Shown: positions 38,551-46,487 of the stretch, piece after piece
Position numbering within the stretch: the stretch's first letter is position 1
How the letters are laid out: every line of letters begins with the position of its first letter
Position numbers and translations under genes: made by a program
Assembly: GCA_009773755.1 (NCBI GenBank)
Contig: WSZJ01000030.1
Coordinates: 7,955-71,954, forward strand
DNA: 64,000 nucleotides
Direction of reading: 5' to 3'
From: Planctomycetota bacterium
GTDB lineage: Bacteria; Planctomycetota; MHYJ01; WSZJ01
Notes under the pieces: model-generated
The model's input: only the letters and a program-made list of their open reading frames with translations
What the model was told of the DNA's origin: nothing
Database searches by the model: none

Positions 38551-41430
38551 CTACACGCTTCTCGCCTTCGAAAGCAGTTCCTCCATGGTGGCGAGATCAC
38601 GTTTCACTACGACCTCCGGCTTGATGAGCTTCATTGCATTGCCTGCGACCTCGACCTCTTCACTGCTCCATTCTTTTGGCAGGGCTCCGACCCAAGAAGA
38701 GCTGATAGGTCCCACGAGAATCCTGGGAATCGCCGATCTTCGGTCGTTCGACGCGGTCTCCGCAAGTCGCTTTGTTTGCTTCGCCGAAGCACTGTTCTTG
38801 ACAGAGATCAACTGGCCAAGCGGCCCAGATCCCACTTTGTCATGTGTAATTCCAAAATATGGGCGCCAAGGCGTGACAGGCTCCGGCTGCAGTAGCAGCG
38901 AATGTTCGTCACCGATTGTTAATCCCCAAGACGCCCCTCGTATCGCATCCACGCCTCGCTGATAGACCCCAAGACTCTTGTCGCCAGCATCCTCAACAAT
39001 CGGAGCCAGACGCCCTCCGAAGACTCGGGACCAATTTAGCAAAGCGTGAATCCCCCTCCTATGCCAGAGAGGTGCTGTGTCGGGAGGAACTCCGGAGGAT
39101 CCCGCCAGATCTACATAACTTAGGTACGCCTCAAGACTTTCGCCGGAGGCGAGTCGAACCCTGTCGGCCTCATAAACCTCTGCGACCTGATCCGCGCCAA
39201 GCAGGGCAGCGGCCCACAATTCAAGCCTTCTCAGCAGTTTCTTGATCGCTTCATGGGTGGTAGCTGATCCAACAGAATCCGCTTCTGGAACCATTAGAAG
39301 GGCGAGCGACTCAACATCCCTTGTGGCAACTCGATCTACACCTAATGCCGTGGTCGCATATGTGGCGACATCCGCGTACCACTTCCATGCACGCAGCAAC
39401 AGACCATCGGGACGTACCCGCCGCACCAGACTCTGGCGCAGATCTTCGTTGTAGGATCCAGTCCGGCTCGACAAGGCGCCATCGATCTCGGGTTGGATTT
39501 CCTCTGACTTGCCCAGGATTTCGACTTTTGCACGCAACCCTGCCAGCGACGCCAAGGCATCGTCCGGCGAACGCGTCGCCCGGGCATCAGGAAAGATAGA
39601 ATCAGTTCGTACCTGTTTCGGATTTGCCTCTAGGTAGGCCTCCAACCCTGAAAGCGCCTCCGAGACGTTTTCGCAAAGGTCGCTCAATCCTCCGTCATTA
39701 GTGCCATGGAGACTCACGTACAGAAGGCGCTGCAGAGTTGTGAACTTCGAGGATGACGAGTGGCAACTGTTCATGATCACTTCCATAGGTGCGATGAAAG
39801 GGGCTAGTCGAGATTCGCGCTGAATTGAGCGCCTAAGACTATCGAATCCCGGTTTCAATACGTACTCTTTCTTGACGGTGTCATACGCATAAAGCTCACT
39901 GAATATTGTTGGAAGGGGCTGTGGCCTACCATTGACATTTGCGCTGGCAAGACGCCCGAATGTGTAGTGGCCAGCATTGGCATGCTCAATTTGCATTCCA
40001 AAATTATGCTGCAGAATAGCAACGGTCTTCTCTATCGTGCCTCGAGAAGCCACGCCTCCCATCATGTGCGTTGCAAAAGCAATTATCATCTCAATCAGGT
40101 GCCGCTCTTTTCTTGCGTTCTCCCCGATCTCTGTCAATCGAAGCGCGCGAGCATGGTCTTCTCTATAAAAGGCGGTCGCTTGAACATAGTCGCACAGTGC
40201 ATCAACTGCAGCATGAATTTCTAGAGGCGACGAGCCCTCCGGAGGGCATTGCAACAGTTCGGAGATTGTTTCGCCGTGGGATTCCCACTTTCTCACATCA
40301 AGGCAGTGGCGATTATGTTCCAAGTACGAGGAATTAAGTCGATCCCGAATCTTCACCATCGTTTCCAAGTAGTCAATCGAGCGACTGTTGTCTTCAATTG
40401 CTCGTTCCATGACTTGCGAGTGAGGATTTCTCAGGTGTTGCAAGATCGCAGGCATTAGGTCTTTGGCAATCGCATTCCCATAGTACCTGATCAGGGGGGT
40501 TGTGTTCGGAGTGACCCGTTCGCGAAGGTTCCTCGGTGAGAAGACATCGGTATTCAAGTACCGGGCCGCCAGTTCAACTCTCAGGCCAAGACTATTCGCA
40601 TCGAAAACGTCCCTCAATCTCGCCCCTGGACCTGAGGTTCCCGATCGAATCATGTCAGCGTAGCCAGCCGCCAGTGCAAATGCTGAGTCCGGCGTTCTCT
40701 TTCGATGATTCGCAAACGCCATCGGCACTAACCTGAGGGTTCCTGAAGATGGCGAATACCAAAGGCGAATTTTGGGAGGAACATCAAAGCTAGGTGGATT
40801 GTCCAGTCTGAATAGAACGCTCGCCGTCAAATGGTCGCCTCGCTTGCCGTAATCAAGGACGTTTCCAAAGCGTGCCGAGGACCGAAGCAACTCCAACCAG
40901 GAATCGTTTGATACTGATTCCGCTTCAAGCACAACTTGATTTGGTCCTGACGGATAGTAGTGATCCAAGCAAATGTCCTGTAACGACCGAAAGAAACGTG
41001 CGTATTCTTCTGGTGACGATACTTCGTAACCGATCTTGACATCGGGTGGCGGGGCAGATAGCGCGGGCCTGCCTGATCGCGGCAATCTTGTAAACAGCAG
41101 GGCATACTTATCAATTGTAGAAAAAGGTCGGCTGCGTAGGTCATTGTAGATCCGTCGTTGAACGCCACCAGCAAAGAGCGTATCGTCAATTAGTGCGGCG
41201 CGCTTGCCGATTAACTGTGAATCGGGAACAAAATCGAATGCCCTCGGGAGCATGATTGTTGGGTTCCGCGCCAAAAGGGGCGGCGCGTTGCGCTTGAGGA
41301 TCTCAAGTGTACGGTCGAGAAGAACTGTGCCCTTGCCCGGCACTGGAATGAGGTAGTCATAGTTCTGGAGGAGAGCGTTTCTTGCGAGGAAGTCGGCCAA
41401 GATGCCAAGTAGTTCTGTCATTCCCTTCAT
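38551..41430 (-). CDS. 959-aa protein: N-terminal phosphoribosyltransferase-like domain, long helical middle, possible palm-like C-terminus
   Basis: YLIPVPGKGTVLL... and KRAALIDDTLFAGGV resemble the PRTase PRPP-binding loop (acidic pair then T-x-G-x-T-like). C-terminal YVDLAGSSG...EDAGDKSLGVY...FGITHDKV is weakly cyclase/GGDEF-palm-like. Low GC. Confidence 0.6.
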   Translation of the reverse strand: MKGMTELLGILADFLARNALLQNYDYLIPVPGKGTVLLDRTLEILKRNAPPLLARNPTIMLPRAFDFVPDSQLIGKRAALIDDTLFAGGVQRRIYNDLRSRPFSTIDKYALLFTRLPRSGRPALSAPPPDVKIGYEVSSPEEYARFFRSLQDICLDHYYPSGPNQVVLEAESVSNDSWLELLRSSARFGNVLDYGKRGDHLTASVLFRLDNPPSFDVPPKIRLWYSPSSGTLRLVPMAFANHRKRTPDSAFALAAGYADMIRSGTSGPGARLRDVFDANSLGLRVELAARYLNTDVFSPRNLRERVTPNTTPLIRYYGNAIAKDLMPAILQHLRNPHSQVMERAIEDNSRSIDYLETMVKIRDRLNSSYLEHNRHCLDVRKWESHGETISELLQCPPEGSSPLEIHAAVDALCDYVQATAFYREDHARALRLTEIGENARKERHLIEMIIAFATHMMGGVASRGTIEKTVAILQHNFGMQIEHANAGHYTFGRLASANVNGRPQPLPTIFSELYAYDTVKKEYVLKPGFDSLRRSIQRESRLAPFIAPMEVIMNSCHSSSSKFTTLQRLLYVSLHGTNDGGLSDLCENVSEALSGLEAYLEANPKQVRTDSIFPDARATRSPDDALASLAGLRAKVEILGKSEEIQPEIDGALSSRTGSYNEDLRQSLVRRVRPDGLLLRAWKWYADVATYATTALGVDRVATRDVESLALLMVPEADSVGSATTHEAIKKLLRRLELWAAALLGADQVAEVYEADRVRLASGESLEAYLSYVDLAGSSGVPPDTAPLWHRRGIHALLNWSRVFGGRLAPIVEDAGDKSLGVYQRGVDAIRGASWGLTIGDEHSLLLQPEPVTPWRPYFGITHDKVGSGPLGQLISVKNSASAKQTKRLAETASNDRRSAIPRILVGPISSSWVGALPKEWSSEEVEVAGNAMKLIKPEVVVKRDLATMEELLSKARSV

Positions 41431-41714
41431 GAAGTGTTCCTGAGCTATTATATGATGTGTGAGTACCCGTCAGTACTGAATTGATTCTTGACGCTCTTTG
41501 GACTCCCACCAAGGGAGTCAGAGATTTCTACCTCATGCGTGGCACCGAATCAAGTGAAACCAGCTTCCGTCGTCGGGAGTGTGGCAACATTTTCATAAAC
41601 CGCGGGTCGTGGAGATGTAAGGTACCAAGACCTTCTTCATCGTCGTGATTTGCGGAGCTCGAGGGCAGGCGGGCTTCGTATCTGAGCCTTGCTTTTGCAA
41701 GGTGGGAGACACTG

Positions 41715-44591
41715 ATGGGCATGAACCGTGGGTCCGAGTGGGCGCGTTGGGATGTGCACCTTCATACCCCCGGGACCGCACTCAACGATCAGTTTCCTGC
41801 AGACTCTATGGACCAGTTCATCGACAAAGTGAACGGCGCTTCTCCCTCCGTGATCGCCTTGGGCGTGACCGATTACCTGTCGGTGGAAAACTACGCCATC
41901 GTCCGCGCTCGGTGGGAAAAGGGGGAGATGCCCAACGTCCTCCTCCTGTTTGCGAACGTGGAGCTTCGGCTCTCGATTCAGACCGAGAAGCCTCAGCCGC
42001 TGAACCTACACATCCTCGTCTCACCCGACGACCCCGAGCACCTTCAGAAAATCAGGGCAAAGCTGGGTCTCCTGACCTTCGACTACAAGAAGGAGCCCTA
42101 CCAGTGCACGCCCGAGGACTTGGCTAGACTTGGGGCGGTCTGTTGTCCTGAGATCCAGGACAAGAACCTCCGGCTCTCGGCAGGTGTGAATGCGTTCAAG
42201 CCCGATTTCGGCAAAGTTCGCACTTGGTTTGAGGGTGACAAGTGGTTGAAGGACAACTGCCTCGTCGCCGTTGACGGTGGAAAGAACGCCGGCGCAAGCG
42301 GACTTCAGGGAGACGGGGGCATGGTTTCAGTGAGAAAGGAGATTCAGCGGTTTTCGGACATCGTTTTTTCTGGAAATCCCAAGGATCGCGAATTTTGGCT
42401 CGCGCAGAATCCTGAATTCAGAGAGGAGGTTCTGAGGGAGTACCGCAGACCAAAGCCTTGTCTTCACGGATCGGATGCGCACCGTCTCGAAGAGGTGCTG
42501 GAACCGAAGGAAGAGCGGCGCTGCTGGATACGGGCCCGCCCCACGTTTGACGGTCTCAGGCAAGTCTTGTTCGAGCCCGGAGAGCGCGTCTGGCTTGGTT
42601 CCGAGCCGCCTACGCGGCCGCGGAACAACTGGGTGCGAGGCTGTGGGATTCGTGACGCCGAATGGTCCAAGACTCCAGATGTGCCACTGAATGCGGGCCT
42701 GGTCGCGATCATCGGCCCGAGGGGATCGGGGAAGACGGCACTCGCCGACCTAATCGCGCACGGCGCAGACTCATTCGTGTCGGGAGGATCGTCCTTCCTA
42801 GACAAGGCGATAGACTTCATGGGCGGAGCCAAGGTCGACCTGACTTGGGCCGGAGATCCGGAGAATCCCACTCGGCGAGTCGTCGGAGAAGGAGTGCAGG
42901 ACTCCCCTGGAGCCAGGTACCTTTCCCAGCATTTCGTTGACCAACTGTGCTCCCCGCAGGGACCGACTGATGGACTGGTTGATGAGCTCGAGCGAGTGAT
43001 ATTCGACGCGACCGAGGAAACTCAACGACTCCGGGCATCGTCGTTCGCGCAACTTCGAGAAGCAGTCACCCAGGGCAGCGCAGCACGAGTTGAGGCGCAC
43101 CGGATCGAGATCACCAAGTGCAACACTGAGATCGCGAAAGAAATCGCGTCGAAGGAACGCTTGGCACCCTGCGAGCTGCGACTCGTGAAGTTGCAAGAGA
43201 CTGCGACTGAACTTGCGAATACCGCTTCGAAATTGGTCGTGAAAGGGAAGGAAGCGAAAGTCGAACAGCTTCGACAACTACGAGAATCCACCGCCCTGAT
43301 CGAGGAGAAGATCGCGCAGCTTCTTGCGATCGATCAGCAGATCCAGGACGTCGCTGGCGAACTCGCAACTCTGCGACAGTACATGGAAGATCAGTACGCC
43401 TACATGTCGGCTCGGCTGACTTCGATGGGACTTTCTGCCGTCGACGTGGAGTTTTTCCGACTCCGATTCACAGGAGATGTGGACTCGGTACTCCAGCGAC
43501 GCAGGGAGCAAATCGTCGGAGAAATTGAACGTCGCAAGACTGGGCCAGATGGTGGAGGCCAGCAAGTAGGCCTGCAGAAAATGAAGGAGCAGCTGGCAGC
43601 CCTTCAGAAGGAGGTGTCCGGAGACCTCGCACGTGAGCATCAGTTAGTCGAGATTCAGAAACGCGAGAAACTCACGCGACAGGAGAGAGAGAAGGTCTCG
43701 GCAGAAATTGTCGTCATCAAGTCCGCCAGCGAGAGAATCCGCGTCGCGAGCAAGCGGCGCATGGATCGTTATCTGCAAGTCTTTGACGAGATCCGAGGTC
43801 AGAAGTCGGCGATGGAGCGACTGTATGCCCCGGTCACCGACCGTCTGCGCAATGGGCCTCTCGAACGCCGGAAACTTGAGTTCTACGTTCGAACCGAAGT
43901 CAACACGCCTGCTTGGGCTGCGCGTGGAGAGGCTCTGATTGACCTGCGGAGAGCCTCGCCGTTCCAAACTCCAGGCAGTCTCCTTCTCAGTGCTAGACGG
44001 TCGCTCGAAAAGCCGTGGAGGGAGGGCGATCGAACAAGCATCGAGAAGGGCCTTCAGGAGATGTATCAGGCATTCAGCGAGGGAAAACAGATGCTTGTGA
44101 AGGAAGCCACCTTGGCCAGTCTAGCGGAATGGCTGTTCTCGACGGATCATGTGCGCATTTCGTACGGCATCCGTTTCGAAGGAACGGAGATCGAAAAGCT
44201 GTCTTCAGGCACTCGAGGGATCGTGCTCCTCATGCTCTACCTCGGGCTAGACGACCAGGACGATCGGCCACTTCTCATCGACCAGCCAGAGGAAAACCTG
44301 GATCCTCAGTCGGTATTCGAGGTACTCACGGAGTACTTTAAGCTCGTGAGGAAACGGCGACAGGTCATCTTGGTCACCCACAACGCCAATCTCGTCGTGA
44401 ACACCGACGCGGATCAGGTCATCATCGCCAGCGGTGTGCGAGACCAACTTGGAAGTTTACCATCGATCCGGTACGAGGCGGGAGCGTTGGAGGATTCTGA
44501 GATTCGGGCAAGGGTCTGCCAGATCCTCGAAGGCGGCGCCGAAGCATTCCTCCAGCGAGAACGGAGGTACGGCTTGCAACGACTTCTCTAG
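41715..44591 (+). CDS. PHP-domain + ABC/OLD-type ATPase protein (Ppl-like single-gene defence architecture)
   Basis: N-terminal WDVHLHTPGT...GVTDY...ANVELR (PHP metal ligands). Walker A GPRGSGKTALADLI, a long coiled-coil insertion, signature-like LSSGTRG, Walker B LLIDQPEENLDP and VTHNANLVVNTDADQVI. Confidence 0.7.
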   Translation: MGMNRGSEWARWDVHLHTPGTALNDQFPADSMDQFIDKVNGASPSVIALGVTDYLSVENYAIVRARWEKGEMPNVLLLFANVELRLSIQTEKPQPLNLHILVSPDDPEHLQKIRAKLGLLTFDYKKEPYQCTPEDLARLGAVCCPEIQDKNLRLSAGVNAFKPDFGKVRTWFEGDKWLKDNCLVAVDGGKNAGASGLQGDGGMVSVRKEIQRFSDIVFSGNPKDREFWLAQNPEFREEVLREYRRPKPCLHGSDAHRLEEVLEPKEERRCWIRARPTFDGLRQVLFEPGERVWLGSEPPTRPRNNWVRGCGIRDAEWSKTPDVPLNAGLVAIIGPRGSGKTALADLIAHGADSFVSGGSSFLDKAIDFMGGAKVDLTWAGDPENPTRRVVGEGVQDSPGARYLSQHFVDQLCSPQGPTDGLVDELERVIFDATEETQRLRASSFAQLREAVTQGSAARVEAHRIEITKCNTEIAKEIASKERLAPCELRLVKLQETATELANTASKLVVKGKEAKVEQLRQLRESTALIEEKIAQLLAIDQQIQDVAGELATLRQYMEDQYAYMSARLTSMGLSAVDVEFFRLRFTGDVDSVLQRRREQIVGEIERRKTGPDGGGQQVGLQKMKEQLAALQKEVSGDLAREHQLVEIQKREKLTRQEREKVSAEIVVIKSASERIRVASKRRMDRYLQVFDEIRGQKSAMERLYAPVTDRLRNGPLERRKLEFYVRTEVNTPAWAARGEALIDLRRASPFQTPGSLLLSARRSLEKPWREGDRTSIEKGLQEMYQAFSEGKQMLVKEATLASLAEWLFSTDHVRISYGIRFEGTEIEKLSSGTRGIVLLMLYLGLDDQDDRPLLIDQPEENLDPQSVFEVLTEYFKLVRKRRQVILVTHNANLVVNTDADQVIIASGVRDQLGSLPSIRYEAGALEDSEIRARVCQILEGGAEAFLQRERRYGLQRLL

Positions 44592-44659
44592 GAGGGTGCG
44601 AGGTCGGCAATCGTCGCGAGCCGTCCTCGTCTGTTGGGACGAGAGGGCAATCGCGGCAA

Positions 44660-46132
44660 TCAAGGAGTTTTCCTGCTGGCGACGAATCGGCGGACCGCTC
44701 GGATGGCTGAGAGAGCCTCCTCTCGACCGATGGCAGCTTTGGATCTCATCTCAACCTTGGCGTGAACATGATTTCGGAATTGCCGAAGGCTGTCGGAAAC
44801 ATAGACGTTTCCAGGTGAAAGCAAGCCTGCCTCTTCGCATCGGTCAATCATCGAATCGAACGTCCAGGCGAGCGCTTCCTTCGAGTCCTTTCCTGCGGCC
44901 GCTTTGCACTTGCTCTGCACCTTGGGCCAGTTGGCTTGAAGCATGTCGACGAGGAGCGCCTCGATCATTCCGCCAGCACAAACAATCGACATCTTCCAAG
45001 CACCAGCAAGGTAGCACGCGATCACCTCACGATAGTCGCGCTCCAGGAGCTTCCGCATCTCTGGCGACGCCACTATCGAGCCGAAGTCGGGTAATTGAAA
45101 ACACTCCGGCTCGATCCGCTTCTCGATCGCCAGCGCCAGTCCTTCCATGAAATCTCGGAGAACTGCGCTTGACTTCGCTCCCAGGATGCCGGCGGTCCCC
45201 GAGAGTGAGTGCTGTTCAGCGGCAGCATCGTAGAGTTGGCGTACTTCCCGAAGCAATGTCGGGGCTTCGGAGACGCCGCGTTCCAGGAATTCCTCCACGA
45301 TCTCAGCATGTCGGATGGATGCGAGGCAACTGGCGAGAGCCCCGCCGTACTGGAGAGCGCGCGGCTTCCAGTCCGGCATCTGGTGTGTGTTGTTCGAGAT
45401 GAGATCTACGGCGTTTTTCAGGTGAGGGAGCGCTTCCTTGAGAAAGGCGGAAGCGGAAGCTGTGTTGAGTACTCGCAGTTCAAGTTGACCTCGCAGGTAT
45501 GGCGCCAGCGCGACAGCGAACTCGAAGCGGCTCTCGTACAGTGGAGCGAACTCCGTCCATCTGGGAAGCGATCGAAGCGCCTCCAACGCCCTCGTCGCGT
45601 CAGCCAAGGACATTCTGCAGTCGTCAAACCGCGCGAGGAGTGCGAAATGCATCGTTTCATTCACTGCCGCCTCGAGCAGCGATTCGGCTGCGATTGCTTC
45701 GAACCGCTCCCGTTCCTCGACGAAGGTAGTGCCGAGGAGGGAGAACCGGTGAGCGGCTTCTCGGAATGAACCACCCGCCTCTTCGAAGTCGAGATCTCCC
45801 GCTTCCTCGTAGCCTTGGCAGTACTTCTGATAAGCGCGCACGCGACGGAGGTTCCCCTGATCACTTGCTAACTCGAACTCTTTTGCGCTCCTGGCGAGGA
45901 TGCCACGCGTTTCTTCCCACGATCCAGTCGTCTTCAGGATGGCAAGTGCATGGCAGAAGACCGCGCATGCGAACGCTCTACGGGAATTGGCCTGCCATGA
46001 GGTCCTCACCATCTGTTTCGAGAGCTGCTCGTAGAGCTTGCTTGCGAGCTCGAAGTCGAAACTCTGGCGCGCGGCTTCGGCGCGCCGGTACTTTTCGGCG
46101 CCATCAGCGGAGAGATTCAACGGTCCGAGCAT
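44660..46132 (-). CDS. helical (TPR-like) protein with C-terminal DUF4145/HEPN-like domain
   Basis: ATG 46132 with GAGGCGAG upstream (GTG 46180 is possible). The C-terminus reads DYREVIACYLAGAWKMSIVCAGGMIEALLVDML...MIDRCEEAGLLSP...LRQFRNHVHAK, i.e. an R-x4-H motif in the DUF4145-type helix arrangement. Confidence 0.55.
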   Translation of the reverse strand: MLGPLNLSADGAEKYRRAEAARQSFDFELASKLYEQLSKQMVRTSWQANSRRAFACAVFCHALAILKTTGSWEETRGILARSAKEFELASDQGNLRRVRAYQKYCQGYEEAGDLDFEEAGGSFREAAHRFSLLGTTFVEERERFEAIAAESLLEAAVNETMHFALLARFDDCRMSLADATRALEALRSLPRWTEFAPLYESRFEFAVALAPYLRGQLELRVLNTASASAFLKEALPHLKNAVDLISNNTHQMPDWKPRALQYGGALASCLASIRHAEIVEEFLERGVSEAPTLLREVRQLYDAAAEQHSLSGTAGILGAKSSAVLRDFMEGLALAIEKRIEPECFQLPDFGSIVASPEMRKLLERDYREVIACYLAGAWKMSIVCAGGMIEALLVDMLQANWPKVQSKCKAAAGKDSKEALAWTFDSMIDRCEEAGLLSPGNVYVSDSLRQFRNHVHAKVEMRSKAAIGREEALSAIRAVRRFVASRKTP

Positions 46133-46487
46133 GTAGACTCGCCTCGATCGAGGGGTGTTCGACCTTGATCGCCGTCCCACACATAAGGTTCACAATCATA
46201 CAGAGGTACTTCAACTCTGCCGTGGAGAGTTCAGTTGTCTGAAACACCGTTCCTTGCCTGAGCCCAAGAGCCGCGAGAGCTGCGCCTCCAGGAACCAAGC
46301 GGGGGCGGGATCGTTGTCGAGAGAGAAGCGCGCCGGTTCCGGATCGCGTTCGGAAAAAGGCGGACGGCTTTGAGTCCACACCCGGTAGGGCGAGCCGGTC
46401 TGAATTCGGACTAGGACGATGCTGGGCGCCACAGGAACTCAGCGCATGTCCTACTCACGCAGGAGTGATTGCATTCTGACCGGGCTT

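Noticed and set aside
38551-44591. Treating the PRTase giant and the Ppl-like gene as one two-gene system.
   Set aside because: They are divergently transcribed, and Ppl is reported as a stand-alone gene. Only a shared intergenic inverted repeat hints at a link, so I report them separately.
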